Shown: positions 19,261 through 29,590, numbered from the stretch's first letter. The stretch is DNA of 55,153 nt from Patescibacteria group bacterium (GCA_018969615.1 JAGWYA010000006.1:1-55153); one strand, 5' to 3'. A program made the numbers and translations. Notes: generated from the sequence alone by a model not told the origin.

Positions 19261-19629
19261 TCAGCGCGCGACGGCGGGCACGAGCAGCATCCGCGAGTGG
19301 CGGAACTTCCGCGACACGCGGCGCATCGGGATGAAGCCGGTCGGCTTCACGCCGTAGTACTCGGTGATCGCCTTCAGCAGGCGGGGGCTGACCTTCTTGC
19401 TCTTGCAGCTCCCGGCAGCGATGCTGCGGATCTCGTTCAGGACGAACGCCCGCTGCCCGCGACCGTCGAGGTCGAACGGCATCTCCCGCAGACCCAGACG
19501 CTTGAGGCGCGCCGGCATCGGCCCGGCGGGAACGGAGACGGGCTCCGAATCCACCAGATCGGCCGGATCCACCACCCCGAGCAGCGTCAGGACCCAGTAG
19601 AAGACCTCCGTCAGCGCTTTCTTGATCAT
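19261..19629 (-). CDS. Hypothetical protein
   Basis: SD GGAGG, upstream promoter, downstream hairpin at ~19182-19206. Confidence 0.55.
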   Translation of the reverse strand: MIKKALTEVFYWVLTLLGVVDPADLVDSEPVSVPAGPMPARLKRLGLREMPFDLDGRGQRAFVLNEIRSIAAGSCKSKKVSPRLLKAITEYYGVKPTGFIPMRRVSRKFRHSRMLLVPAVAR

Positions 19630-19717
19630 GATCTCTTCCTCCCTCAGTTTTCTGTTAGGCGAGGCCTTGCCTCTGCCCCTCCATCAAAGAACGGATACCC
19701 TTATTCAGGATAGATAT

Positions 19718-19745
19718 ATTATACCATATACTGGTATAAAGTCAA
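19718..19745 (-). promoter_or_regulatory. sigma70 promoter overlapping a palindrome
   Basis: TTGACT-N16-TATAAT on the minus strand, overlapped by TATACCA-N5-TGGTATA. Confidence 0.55.
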
Positions 19746-19780
19746 GTATTAAAAACTCCCCTGTTTGAGGGGAGTGATCG

Positions 19781-20356
19781 CTACCGATAGGCCCTGAGAA
19801 GGGTCCCGTACGGCTTCCATTCACCGGCATCTTTATCGTAATACAGGCACTGCTGAGCGCTCAGTAGGCTACTCAGCCGCGTATCTGTATCAAGCTTTAG
19901 CACAAATCGCTGATCCTCGAGAATGCCGGCCCCGAGGAAGAGGAGCCCCTCGTATCGCTCGCCGAGACATTGAGAAAAGATGTCGCAAAGCTTGATGGTC
20001 TCCTTGCTCTTCTCAAGGACGATCGCACATTTATCCCAATACATCATGAACTGGTAATTCCCCCATTCGTTCGTGTAATGCAAAATACCCATATCCACCC
20101 AGCGCGAACGGTCCGCATCCCACGAAAGGCAATGGAAATTTTTTTCGGTCGGCGCAACGCAAAGAAAAAGGTCATCGGCATCGGCATCTTTCCGGGCGAA
20201 CTGAACCGCCATATATCCGCCGATCATCTTCGTACCCCTCGGTCCGCTGAAAAGGTCCGTGAAGTACACGTACTTTTCGCCCTCTTTCAGTTCGATGCAA
20301 TGCTCCTTCCAGCGGATCTCCAGGCCTTGAAGGTCCATGGCAAACCTCGTTTTCAA
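19781..20356 (-). CDS. Hypothetical protein
   Basis: 191-aa ORF with globular composition followed by a hairpin; start uncertain. Confidence 0.55.
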   Translation of the reverse strand: MKTRFAMDLQGLEIRWKEHCIELKEGEKYVYFTDLFSGPRGTKMIGGYMAVQFARKDADADDLFLCVAPTEKNFHCLSWDADRSRWVDMGILHYTNEWGNYQFMMYWDKCAIVLEKSKETIKLCDIFSQCLGERYEGLLFLGAGILEDQRFVLKLDTDTRLSSLLSAQQCLYYDKDAGEWKPYGTLLRAYR

Positions 20357-20468
20357 GGAATTACTTTTACGCTAACACAAATAAAAGGGGTTTGGGAATA
20401 CTCGCCCCGGCCTTAGGCGCGGGCTTTTTGACCCCCTTCCCGAGTTCGATTTCCCTCTTCAAGCAACG

Positions 20469-20506
20469 AATAAAGAATACCCGCCATATGGCGGGTATTC
20501 TTTATT
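20469..20506. terminator. Long hairpin terminator after tRNA-Cys
   Basis: AATAAAGAATACCCGCC-ATAT-GGCGGGTATTCTTTATT. Confidence 0.8.
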
Positions 20507-20507
20507 G

Positions 20508-20579
20508 AGGCCTGAGGGAGAATCGAACTCCCGTATAAGAGTTTTGCAGACTCCTGCCTTACCACTTGGCTATCAGGCC
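20508..20579 (-). tRNA. tRNA-Cys(GCA)
   Basis: GGCCTGA/TCAGGCC acceptor stem, U73, CTGCAAA anticodon loop, GTTCGATTC T-loop. Confidence 0.95.
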
Positions 20580-20819
20580 GATATTATATTTCCGCTTCAA
20601 CATCTCCTTCTGCTGCCCGGTCTTCAAGAATCTTTCTAGTTTCATCGCCTCGCTTCTTGATGGGGCTTCTCTGACCTCCAATAAGACCCAGGGGCGATAA
20701 GATTTCGTCGATCGAACCCTACCCGCATTATGCAGCGAAATTCTCTTTTCAACGTCTTCAGTACTCCCAATATACATATCATTATTTGCACAACTTTTCA
20801 AAACATAGACATAAAACAT
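20559..20819 (-). CDS. Small GIY-YIG nuclease overlapping the 5' end of tRNA-Cys
   Basis: FYVYVLKS...MYIGST...RISLHN...AMKLERFLK; stop lies in the tRNA D-arm. Confidence 0.85.
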   Translation of the reverse strand: MFYVYVLKSCANNDMYIGSTEDVEKRISLHNAGRVRSTKSYRPWVLLEVREAPSRSEAMKLERFLKTGQQKEMLKRKYNIGLIAKW

Positions 20820-20832
20820 GCCCGAGACGCAT

Positions 20833-21222
20833 TTAATCTTTCTCCTGATCCTCATCATCTTTTTTGTCCCTTCGGGACACCTCCCGCAGGGAGGCAATTT
20901 TCATGAACGTCTTCTCAAGCTCGGCCGCGCGGCTCGTTCCCTTGTCCAGAATAAAGCGCAGCATCGGCATCGGCTTGATATTGATCTTCTTCAAAAGCAA
21001 ATGGCGGAGGTACTGCCGTGAATCGTTGAGCTTGGCGAGCACATCGTCGCCGCGGTTGTCCGGGATCACCGACACGAAGATATCGGCATACTCAAGGTCC
21101 TTCTGCACCTCGACTTCGGTCACAGTCACCAAGGCGCCGTCAAACTCCATTTCGCGAAGAATGACTTCGTTCAAATATTCCTGGATCACGCTGGTGACCC
21201 GCTGAGCACGCAAGAACGGCAT
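20833..21222 (-). CDS. rbfA: Ribosome-binding factor A
   Basis: RAQRV, LVTVTEVEVQKDLEYADIFVS, PMLRFILD; start overlaps the infB stop. Confidence 0.9.
   Translation of the reverse strand: MPFLRAQRVTSVIQEYLNEVILREMEFDGALVTVTEVEVQKDLEYADIFVSVIPDNRGDDVLAKLNDSRQYLRHLLLKKINIKPMPMLRFILDKGTSRAAELEKTFMKIASLREVSRRDKKDDEDQEKD
20865..20894. repeat. 30-bp twin mini-hairpin inside the 3' end of rbfA
   Basis: TGTCCC-TTC-GGGACA directly followed by CCTCCC-GCA-GGGAGG. Confidence 0.65.
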
Positions 21223-22670
21223 TAGGGCTGAAGAAGAATATCCCCCGTCTGAATGATAATATCCGATTCGAACAGCAGGCCGCATTCATTCCCTTCCGAT
21301 ACCACGTTGGCGTCCTTTTTAGCCTGCTGGAGGTTCACCACCTTTCCTTTGCCGATGATCGCATCATCGCGGCGGATATCAAGCCACGCCTTCGTAAGAA
21401 TGCGCCCCTTCGTCACTTTGCCGCCGATCGTCTGCACGCGGTTCTTCGCGCTGAACGTCGCCAGGATCTGCAGTTCGCCCTGGTAGTTCCCTTCATGCAT
21501 CGTCTTGAACATCGTTTCGATCTGTTCCACCAGCTTGTAGATGATCTCGTCGGTCAGCAGCATAATGTCGTGCACGCGCGCGAGGTTCTCCGCCGCCCGC
21601 GTCGGATAGGAGCCGAAACCGATGATGAACGCTCCGGTCGCCAGCGCGTCCTTCACATCGCCGTCAGTGATCTCGCCGACCGTCTGGCTGATGATCTCCA
21701 GCCGCTGATTCTTCGCGATCGGTATCTTCCGCAACAGGTCGTTCAACGCCTCAAGCGATCCGGCGGTATCCGCCTTCAAAATGACGCGCACGGTCTGTTC
21801 GTCCTTCGCGCCGCTTCCCGTCACGCGCGTGGACGCTTTCTTCACCACCTCGTCCAGTTCCTTTTCGGATAACTTTCCCGCCTTGAACTCTTCGCCGACC
21901 GCCGGCAGTTCTTCAAAACCCATGATCACCGCCGGGCTGGACGGCAGCAGTTCATCCACGGCCTTGCCAAGGAAGTTTTCCAGGATCTTCACTTTTCCTT
22001 TCGCGCTCGGCGTCATGATCATATCGCCCCGGCGCAAAGTTCCGTTCTTCAAAATGACGGTCACGGTATTCCCGCGCCGCTTATCAAGCTTCGTTTCGAG
22101 GATCATGCCGGACGCAAGCGCTTCCGGATCATACGACAGGTCCTCTACTTCGGATGCAAGCACGATAAGGTCGAGCAGCTCGCCTATGCCTTCGCCGGTC
22201 TTGGATGACACGCCCTGGTAGCTCACATCGCCGCCGTATCCCTCCAAAAACACGCCGTTCGTCATGAGGTCGTTCTTCGTTTTGTCGATATCGATCCCGG
22301 ATTTGTCGATCTTGGTCAGCGCGACCACGAACGGCGTCTTAGAACCGATGATCGCCTTCAATGCTTCCTTCGTCTGCGGCTTCACGCCTTCGTCCGCCGC
22401 GACCACCAGGATCGCCACGTCCGCCACATGGGCGCCGCGCTCGCGCATCTTCGAGAACGCTTCGTGTCCCGGCGTATCGATGAAGGTGATCTTCTTGCCG
22501 TCGTGCTCGATCTCATAGGCGCCGACCGACTGCGTAATGCCGCCGGCTTCGCGTCCCACGATATTCGTCTTGCGGATGTAGTCCAGCAAGCTCGTCTTGC
22601 CATGATCAACATGGCCGACAATGACCGCTACCGGAGCCCGCTTCAATTGTTCTTTCGTTTCATTTGCCAT
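21222..22670 (-). CDS. infB: Translation initiation factor IF-2 (short form)
   Basis: [30 protein letters not shown]; no N-terminal extension. Confidence 0.97.
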   Translation of the reverse strand: MANETKEQLKRAPVAVIVGHVDHGKTSLLDYIRKTNIVGREAGGITQSVGAYEIEHDGKKITFIDTPGHEAFSKMRERGAHVADVAILVVAADEGVKPQTKEALKAIIGSKTPFVVALTKIDKSGIDIDKTKNDLMTNGVFLEGYGGDVSYQGVSSKTGEGIGELLDLIVLASEVEDLSYDPEALASGMILETKLDKRRGNTVTVILKNGTLRRGDMIMTPSAKGKVKILENFLGKAVDELLPSSPAVIMGFEELPAVGEEFKAGKLSEKELDEVVKKASTRVTGSGAKDEQTVRVILKADTAGSLEALNDLLRKIPIAKNQRLEIISQTVGEITDGDVKDALATGAFIIGFGSYPTRAAENLARVHDIMLLTDEIIYKLVEQIETMFKTMHEGNYQGELQILATFSAKNRVQTIGGKVTKGRILTKAWLDIRRDDAIIGKGKVVNLQQAKKDANVVSEGNECGLLFESDIIIQTGDILLQP

Positions 22671-22829
22671 ACAGTCCCATAAAAATACCACGTTTTTTTC
22701 ATTTTGACAAATAAAGATCGGCTTTTAACTTCAAATATTCTCGGTCAAAATTTGTTTGTAAATTAACCGATCTTCATATAATATGTACCTAGAGCAGGAA
22801 GAAAGCGGGATCATCTCCCGCAAAAAAAA

Positions 22830-22879
22830 TACGGAGGCGTGGCCGAGTCCTGCCTGCCGGCAGGCAGGGGCTGAAAGCA
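22830..22879 (+). repeat. Duplicate of the tRNA-Ser 5' end interrupted by a 20-bp palindrome
   Basis: TACGGAGGCGTGGCCGAGT[CCTGCCTGCCGGCAGGCAGG]GGCTGAAAGCA versus the tRNA locus TACGGAGGCGTGGCCGAGTGGCTGAAGGCA. Confidence 0.85.
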
Positions 22880-22883
22880 AAAT

Positions 22884-23126
22884 ATGTTTTGCGTCTACAT
22901 CCTCAAAAGCGAAAAAGATAACAGTTTATACATCGGCAAAACGAACGATCTTAAGCGCCGACTTGCCGAGCATAACCGCGGCGATACCCCGTCGATCCGA
23001 TCGAAGCGACCTTTGGTCCTTCTGGAATATATCGAATGCGCCACAGAGCCTGAAGCGCGCCGATTGGAAAAAGACTGCAAAAAGGGGTATAAAAGAGAAG
23101 CAATAAGAAAGAAGTATAATTTATAA
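22884..23126 (+). CDS. Small GIY-YIG nuclease
   Basis: FCVYILKS...LYIGKTNDLKRRLAEHN...ARRLEK. Confidence 0.88.
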   Translation: MFCVYILKSEKDNSLYIGKTNDLKRRLAEHNRGDTPSIRSKRPLVLLEYIECATEPEARRLEKDCKKGYKREAIRKKYNL

Positions 23127-23131
23127 CATAC

Positions 23132-23218
23132 GGAGGCGTGGCCGAGTGGCTGAAGGCAGCATCCTGCTAAGATGTTAACCGGGAAACCGGTTCGAAGGTT
23201 CGAATCCTTCCGCCTCCG
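23132..23218 (+). tRNA. tRNA-Ser(GCT)
   Basis: GGAGGCG/CGCCTCC acceptor stem, CTGCTAA anticodon loop, long variable arm, GGTTCGAATCC. Confidence 0.95.
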
Positions 23219-23274
23219 CAGAAAAGTAAAACGACACTACCTGCCTGTCTTACTTCGTTAGTAGTGAACTTACT

Positions 23275-23871
23275 ATGACCTACGAAAACGTCATTCTCGC
23301 AAGCTGGGCAGCATTTATCATCGTCTGGAGTATCGGTGCATTCAACGTAAAACGCGACGTTAATAGAGATCGCATTCTCATCCTTCGATCTTGGCTTCTC
23401 CGCTCAGTAGTCATCGTGCTCGTACTCTTCGCCCTGACTCGTATCGCGACACGAACAGCACATTACACCCGCACTGATATTATAGTTTTAGGGGAAGCCC
23501 TCTTTACCCCGCCGCTTATGCTCGGCTGGATCGCTGCTTGTCTTACGATGCTCGGCGTTCTTTTCGCGATCTGGGCACGCATCCATCTCGGACGCAACTG
23601 GAGCTCTGTTCCTACGGCAAAAGAGGGTCATGAACTCATTACAAGCGGCCCATACCGCTTCGTCCGCCATCCTATTTATACCGGCATTCTTTTCGCCGCG
23701 TTCGGGGCTGCGCTCACCGGAAGCTTATTCGGCATCGGTATTTTCATACTTGTTTGCGCCATATTTCTGCGCCGCATCAGCAAAGAGGAGCACATCATGC
23801 TAGGGCTATTCCCCAATACATATCCGGGATATCAAACGAGAACGAAACGGCTTATTCCGTTCGTGTGGTAA
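23275..23871 (+). CDS. Isoprenylcysteine carboxyl methyltransferase (Ste14/ICMT) family membrane protein
   Basis: LGRNWS, LITSGPYRFVRHPIYTG, EE, RLIP. Confidence 0.9.
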   Translation: MTYENVILASWAAFIIVWSIGAFNVKRDVNRDRILILRSWLLRSVVIVLVLFALTRIATRTAHYTRTDIIVLGEALFTPPLMLGWIAACLTMLGVLFAIWARIHLGRNWSSVPTAKEGHELITSGPYRFVRHPIYTGILFAAFGAALTGSLFGIGIFILVCAIFLRRISKEEHIMLGLFPNTYPGYQTRTKRLIPFVW

Positions 23872-23996
23872 AATGTGAAAAATAGAAATTGATTCGCTCG
23901 ACACTATAAAACACGCCTTTCGGCGGTTTTTATATTTTCACGCTATTTTCTCAATACAAAAAACTTAACTTTCGTGTGAACTAAACCGATCCGGTC

Positions 23997-24413
23997 TCAA
24001 TCAAGGTTCAACTCCGCATCAATCCAAACTTTGACCTGCTGATGCAGCCGCGCATATGCACGCCATACTGAAGCCGACCATGCACGGATCGCATTATCCC
24101 GCTCTGCGCCTGCTGGAACAGCAATTACGTCATAAACGGTCATGGCGCCGGCGGTATCGATCGGAACGAGTCGTGGTAAGCGCTCTTTGTGCTTCGCAAG
24201 CTCCACGTGCGCCTGCTGTACTTCTTTTCCGGAATATCCCTTCTCGTTATGAAGATAGAGGCCCGCAAGTGCGAAGTCGAGGTAGATAGGTTTTGATAAT
24301 CCGTCCGCATGCTGCGCTGCATATGCATCAACGATATATTGGTGTATAAATTCAACGCTCGGATGTGCAAGCGTATAAAAAGAAAGTTCGTTGTATGCAT
24401 CCTGATCGGCCAT
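23997..24413 (-). CDS. Conserved hypothetical protein (DUF5946-like)
   Basis: HQYIVDAYAAQH and WSASVW motifs. Confidence 0.6.
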   Translation of the reverse strand: MADQDAYNELSFYTLAHPSVEFIHQYIVDAYAAQHADGLSKPIYLDFALAGLYLHNEKGYSGKEVQQAHVELAKHKERLPRLVPIDTAGAMTVYDVIAVPAGAERDNAIRAWSASVWRAYARLHQQVKVWIDAELNLD

Positions 24414-24514
24414 AATTTCCGGTAATAATGCAACCTTATTGTACACCGCCAATATTCAGATCGAAAGAAGCATAGATCACTAAAAACCGCCTTTCGGCGG
24501 TTTTTAGTTTTAAC

Positions 24515-24934
24515 TTATTTCCTCGATGCCAGATGGAAACTTGTATACGAGATGAAAGCGGCAACGAAGATCGCGATCCAGCTCATCCACATCGGTGCAG
24601 CCCAGGCGCCGATCATCACCGACCACCCAAAGACCAAACGAAGGAAATGCGCGAGTGCGACCAGGCCGGTGATCACGCCGACCACGAAGAAGAGCGACTT
24701 CGGCGATGCGCCGGGCTCCATACTGCGCGGATGCCATGCATAATGGATCAGGACCAGGAGCAGGAAGAGATCGAACCCGATCCAGAACCATGCCGTCTGC
24801 GACGTCACCCAAATACCCATAAAACTCTGCGGGAGAAGCCCTGAGGACAGCATCCAAACGCCCGTCAGCAGATCCCCCAAAACAAGCCCCGACGCAAACT
24901 TCGCTATCTCCTTTAATCGTTGTGTATGTGTCAT
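24515..24934 (-). CDS. Four-TM membrane protein
   Basis: ATG 24934 after a -10-like TATTAT; four hydrophobic segments. Confidence 0.7.
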   Translation of the reverse strand: MTHTQRLKEIAKFASGLVLGDLLTGVWMLSSGLLPQSFMGIWVTSQTAWFWIGFDLFLLLVLIHYAWHPRSMEPGASPKSLFFVVGVITGLVALAHFLRLVFGWSVMIGAWAAPMWMSWIAIFVAAFISYTSFHLASRK

Positions 24935-25040
24935 ACCTTTATAATACCATCGGATCGTTTTCCGCCAAAAAACAGGGGTGTCGGTAACTTTAGCCTCCTT
25001 GCCGAGGGTTTTATTGCATGAGACACTAAAGAACACATCC

Positions 25041-26000
25041 ATGAAGAAACGAGTTGTAAAAAAACGAAAGACGATCCTCGTGACCGGCGGAGCCGGATTC
25101 ATCGGCAGCCACCTCTGCGAAGCGCTTTTGGCGCAGGGGCATAAAGTCATCTGCCTGGATAACTTTTTCACCGGTTCAAAAGAGAATATCAAGCATCTCC
25201 TGAAAAACCCCCGTTTCACCCTCATTAAACATGACATCGTCAACCCGATCTTCCTGAAGCCCGACCAGATCTATAACCTCGCCTGCCCGGCCAGCCCGAT
25301 CCACTATCAGCACAATCCGATCAAAACGGTCAAAACCTCAACGCTCGGCATGATCAATATGCTCGGCATGGCGAAAAAGTCCGGCGCCCGGATCCTCCAG
25401 GCGTCGACCTCCGAGGTCTACGGCGACCCGGATATGCATCCGCAAAAAGAGACCTACTGGGGCAATGTGAACCCGATCGGGATCCGCGCCTGCTACGATG
25501 AAGGAAAGCGCGCCGCCGAAACGCTCTGCTTTGAATACCACCGCGAACATGGCGTGGAGATCCGCGTCGCGCGCATTTTCAATACCTACGGCCCGCGCAT
25601 GAGCGAGAACGACGGCCGCGTCGTCTCGAACTTCATCGTCCAGGCGCTCCGCGGCAAGCCGATCACGCTTTACGGCAGCGGCAACCAGACCCGCAGCTTC
25701 TGCTATGTCGACGATCTCGTCCGCGGACTGATCGCGCTCATGAACGGCTCCCAGACCGGACCGATCAACCTCGGCAATCCGAAAGAGATCACCGTTCAGA
25801 CGCTTGCGGAAAAAGTGATCACCCTGACCCATTCACCGTCAAAGATCAAAAAAGTCCCGCTGCCGAAGGATGACCCGCGCCGTCGAAAGCCCGACATCAC
25901 TCTGGCGAAAAAATTCCTGAAATGGACGCCGACAGTGCCGCTTGACGAAGGGCTCGAAAAGACCATCGCCTACTTTCGCACCAAGATAAAAGCCCGTTAG
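25041..26000 (+). CDS. UDP-glucuronate decarboxylase (extended SDR)
   Basis: [54 protein letters not shown]. Confidence 0.93.
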   Translation: MKKRVVKKRKTILVTGGAGFIGSHLCEALLAQGHKVICLDNFFTGSKENIKHLLKNPRFTLIKHDIVNPIFLKPDQIYNLACPASPIHYQHNPIKTVKTSTLGMINMLGMAKKSGARILQASTSEVYGDPDMHPQKETYWGNVNPIGIRACYDEGKRAAETLCFEYHREHGVEIRVARIFNTYGPRMSENDGRVVSNFIVQALRGKPITLYGSGNQTRSFCYVDDLVRGLIALMNGSQTGPINLGNPKEITVQTLAEKVITLTHSPSKIKKVPLPKDDPRRRKPDITLAKKFLKWTPTVPLDEGLEKTIAYFRTKIKAR

Positions 26001-26043
26001 AAGCGAGGCTCGTCAAAAACGGCAAATAGAGTATCCTAAAGGT

Positions 26044-27267
26044 ATGGATCTCGTCACTCAGAAACCGGAACCGAAGAACCGCAACGTGTTTTACGTCGGC
26101 CTGCTCAGTTTTTTCGGCGGCATCAGCCAGGACATCTTCTCACCGATCCTGCCGATCTATTACACCAGCGTTCTCGGGTTCGACAAAACCTTCGTCGGCG
26201 TCGCCGAAGGCCTCGTAACCGCAAGCAGTTATCTCTTCAAGATCTTCGCGGGGTTCTTTTCGGATAAGTTCAAAAAACGAAAACCGATCATCTTTGCCGG
26301 TTACTTCCTCTCCATGGTCAGCCGTCCGCTTCTCGCGCTCTTCATCTCCGGCGGCGCCGTGATCGGCCTCCGCGCGCTGGACGGCATCGGCAAGGGCATT
26401 AAAGATCCGCCGAAGGACGTTCTCATCGCGGGATCGGCCGAAAAAGAGATCCGCGGCAAAAGCTTCGGCATCGCCCGCATGCTTGATACGCTCGGCTCCG
26501 TCGCCGGTCCGCTGATCCTCTTCGGGCTTTTGTATGTTCTCAAAGAAAGCACCTGGCTCTATCACGACATTTTGGTCTTCACCGCCGTTCCGCTGGTCAT
26601 TACGCTGTTGATCCTCGTATTCAAAGTACGGGAGGTGAAAGATGCGCAGCCGGAACCAACGCCGGCGCCGGCAGCCACTCCTACTTCTATCGGCCCATTA
26701 CCGGCATCGTTCTATCTCTTCCTCGGCATCGTGATCCTCTTCACGATCGGCAATTCCTCAGACGCCTTCTTGATCTTGCGCGCGCAGAACGCCGGCGTCA
26801 CCCTGCTTGAGATCCCGCTCGTCATTACATTATTCAACTTCATCTATGCGATGTTCGCCGTGCCGTTCGGCTCGCTCTCAGACCGCATCGGCCGCATTCC
26901 GACGATCCTTATCGGCTGGGGAACCTATGCGCTCGTCTATCTCGGTTTTGCGCTTGCGGTCCACGCGTATCTCATCTGGTTCCTCTATGCGCTCTACGGC
27001 ATCTATTACGCGACCAATCAAGGCGTCGTCAAAGCGCTGCTTGCGGATATGGTCGGCAGCGAGCACCGCGGCAAAGCGTTCGGCATTTACGGCACGACCA
27101 TCGGCCTCGCAACGCTACTTGCGAGCTTCATCGCCGGCTCGCTCTGGGACCATCTCGGCCCGGCAGCGCCGTTCTATTTCGGCGCGAGTATCGCCGCGAT
27201 CTCAGCCGTCGTCCTTCTCTTATTCGCAAAAAAACTGACGCCTACTTCGGAAACGATCAGAAGCTAG
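26044..27267 (+). CDS. MFS transporter
   Basis: About 12 TM helices; GFFSDKFKKRK and GSLSDRIGR motif A. Confidence 0.9.
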   Translation: MDLVTQKPEPKNRNVFYVGLLSFFGGISQDIFSPILPIYYTSVLGFDKTFVGVAEGLVTASSYLFKIFAGFFSDKFKKRKPIIFAGYFLSMVSRPLLALFISGGAVIGLRALDGIGKGIKDPPKDVLIAGSAEKEIRGKSFGIARMLDTLGSVAGPLILFGLLYVLKESTWLYHDILVFTAVPLVITLLILVFKVREVKDAQPEPTPAPAATPTSIGPLPASFYLFLGIVILFTIGNSSDAFLILRAQNAGVTLLEIPLVITLFNFIYAMFAVPFGSLSDRIGRIPTILIGWGTYALVYLGFALAVHAYLIWFLYALYGIYYATNQGVVKALLADMVGSEHRGKAFGIYGTTIGLATLLASFIAGSLWDHLGPAAPFYFGASIAAISAVVLLLFAKKLTPTSETIRS

Positions 27268-27608
27268 CGGTATAAAAGCGCGCCGATCACCACGAGCGCG
27301 TTCACCGCTTCCCACAATACGAAACTGACGATGATCGTCTTGTCTTTGTGTGCGATGCCATAAAAGACCCACGGGAGCGTCACAATGAAAATAAGCGCCC
27401 AGGAGACCGCGGATACGCCGGCGGCCTGATGCGTCGTAAAGATCTGCCAGATCTGCGGCACGACCATAAACGGACCGATGATTCCGGCGTAGAACGTCGT
27501 CCGGTCGAGAAAATGCATCCAGTCGGATGGCTGGCCATGGAGCGGCGACGCCTCTTCGGACTCCGTGCGGCGGACATGTTTGTGCTTAAGGCCAAGATAC
27601 GGGTGCAT
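27264..27608 (-). CDS. SemiSWEET / PQ-loop family transporter
   Basis: VPQIWQIF...AGVS; three TM helices. Confidence 0.75.
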   Translation of the reverse strand: MHPYLGLKHKHVRRTESEEASPLHGQPSDWMHFLDRTTFYAGIIGPFMVVPQIWQIFTTHQAAGVSAVSWALIFIVTLPWVFYGIAHKDKTIIVSFVLWEAVNALVVIGALLYR

Positions 27609-27666
27609 AGCCTTATTGTACCCGCTCCCGCCGCTGTTCCCAAATCGAATGCGTTATACTGAATAC

Positions 27667-28080
27667 ATGGCTCCGCTCTATAGCACGATCACGCTGTTCG
27701 CCGAACTCATCGTGTCCGGCGTTATTTTTTATGCACTTTGGAGCGGCTGGGTCCGTAACCGCTTCCCCCGAAAGCTTGTTGTCGCAGCCCTCAGTTATGA
27801 AGTGCTCTTCAATATCAGTTATATGGTCTTCCGGACCGCGGGAGATCGGGGAGGCTCGATCCTGCCGCCGGCGGTAATCGCCCTCGCCGCCTTTCACGGC
27901 ATTCTCTCGCTGATCATGTTCCTCACGCTTCTTGCGTTCTTCATTACCGCCTGGAAGCGGTATCGGATCGGCATTAATTTTTTCAAAACCTATCCGCGGC
28001 TGACGATCATCTTTGGCTGTTTCTGGACGCTTTCGGTTCTCTCCGGAAGCCTGCTGTACGTTCTCACCTATCTGCACTGA
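27667..28080 (+). CDS. Four-TM membrane protein (DUF420-like)
   Basis: Hydrophobic helices, FHGILSL. Confidence 0.6.
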   Translation: MAPLYSTITLFAELIVSGVIFYALWSGWVRNRFPRKLVVAALSYEVLFNISYMVFRTAGDRGGSILPPAVIALAAFHGILSLIMFLTLLAFFITAWKRYRIGINFFKTYPRLTIIFGCFWTLSVLSGSLLYVLTYLH

Positions 28081-28143
28081 TCGCGCCGCGCGATAAAAAA
28101 GCTCCGACCGGGGTCGGAGCTTTTTCTTTTTATCATCAGTTCG

Positions 28144-28527
28144 CTACAGCGGGAACACCATGTACAAGAGGATCAGCACCGCGCCGAGCAATGCCATGTT
28201 CTTCATGAAATTCACGCGATCCGCCATCTTTGCCTGCGGGTCCGCCTCGCGCCAGTACGGATGCATCATGAACGATACCGGCACCAGGAAAAGCACCAGC
28301 GCCATAAGGGATGCCGAGATATACAGTCCGGTCAAAATACCGAAACCGCCGATCAGCAGCAGCACGCCGGCAACGGTCACCGCCGCCTTCGGCATCGGGA
28401 CCTTTTTGGATGCCGCATACCCGGACATCATTTCTAATTTTGTGAAGTGCGTGATACCCATCATCAGGAAATATCCGCCCAACAGGATCCGACCAAGCAG
28501 GAACGCAACAACTAATGTGATCTCCAT
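28144..28527 (-). CDS. DoxX family membrane protein
   Basis: LGRILLG...FMMHPYW...FMKNMALLG. Confidence 0.88.
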   Translation of the reverse strand: MEITLVVAFLLGRILLGGYFLMMGITHFTKLEMMSGYAASKKVPMPKAAVTVAGVLLLIGGFGILTGLYISASLMALVLFLVPVSFMMHPYWREADPQAKMADRVNFMKNMALLGAVLILLYMVFPL

Positions 28528-28610
28528 ATGCTAAAAATTGATTAATTATGATCATCGTCAGTATACCAAAAAAACACCGAATACGCATGAGCGAGGTATA
28601 CTGAAGATAT

Positions 28611-29015
28611 ATGAAACGGCTCTCTATTCCCGATCGCGAACTGAAAATCTTCTTCAGCCGGAGCAGCGGGGCGGGCGGTCAGAATGTGAACAAAGTGGAG
28701 ACCAAGGCAACGCTCCAATGGAATATCCTGCGCTCCGCTATGCTTACTGACGGGCAAAAGAACCTGCTCTGCCGGCGCCTCGCTCATCGCATGACCGGCG
28801 ACGGATTTATCGCCGTCTCGAGCCAAGCCGAACGGGGCCAGCACGCCAATCGGGAACATGCCCGGCGTCTTCTGGAGCAGCTTGTAAGCAAAGCTCTCAC
28901 TCCGCGCAAACAGCGCATTCATACCGCTGTTCCCCGGCGCGAACGGGAGCGGCGCCTTGACCTAAAGCGAAAAAAATCGGAAAAAAAACGTCTTCGCCGG
29001 CCGGAACCTATCTAA
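28611..29015 (+). CDS. arfB: Alternative ribosome rescue factor B (peptidyl-tRNA hydrolase)
   Basis: RSSGAGGQNVNKV, QHANRE, basic C-terminal tail. Confidence 0.92.
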   Translation: MKRLSIPDRELKIFFSRSSGAGGQNVNKVETKATLQWNILRSAMLTDGQKNLLCRRLAHRMTGDGFIAVSSQAERGQHANREHARRLLEQLVSKALTPRKQRIHTAVPRRERERRLDLKRKKSEKKRLRRPEPI

Positions 29016-29060
29016 TATCCCCGTTTAAACAAAAAATGTTATACTAAAAGAGAACTTGTT

Positions 29061-29543
29061 ATGAAACAAACCCTGGAAAAGGACCACGAAAAGATCGTCT
29101 GGCATGCGCCGGAGTTCGAATATATCCACAAAGATCTCGAATGGTATTGGACCACGCTCATCGCATCCGCCGTGCTCTTTTTGATCGCGATCTGGCAGCA
29201 AGACCTCCTGTTCGCGATCTTCATTGTGATCGCCGAAGCGCTTTTCATCCATTGGGCGCGGGAATATCCGCGGACGCTCAAGTTCATGATCGATGACCGC
29301 GGGATCGAGATCGGCCATATCAAATCGTACACCTACGTCCATCTTTCCGGATTCCACATTCTCACGCATTCGGACCATGGCGAGCTCATCCTCCGCACCA
29401 AGACCCGCCTGCATCCGTATACCCGGATTATCGTGGTCAAAGAAGATATTCCCGATATCAAGGCATTCCTGCGGCGGCATCTGCCGGAGATCGAATACGA
29501 AGAATCCCTCAGCGACCATTTCGGCCGCATGATCGGATTCTAA
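29061..29543 (+). CDS. CPR-type membrane protein (DUF5673-like)
   Basis: WHAPEFEYIHK..WYW, two TM helices and a soluble C-terminal domain. Confidence 0.65.
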   Translation: MKQTLEKDHEKIVWHAPEFEYIHKDLEWYWTTLIASAVLFLIAIWQQDLLFAIFIVIAEALFIHWAREYPRTLKFMIDDRGIEIGHIKSYTYVHLSGFHILTHSDHGELILRTKTRLHPYTRIIVVKEDIPDIKAFLRRHLPEIEYEESLSDHFGRMIGF

Positions 29544-29590
29544 CGGCGTATTGAAAAACAAACCGAATATCAGTATAGTAGGGAGGTCCT

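Noticed and set aside
22830..22879. Second or intron-containing tRNA-Ser
   Set aside because: Only the 5' ~30 nt is duplicated, and a complete tRNA-Ser follows at 23132.
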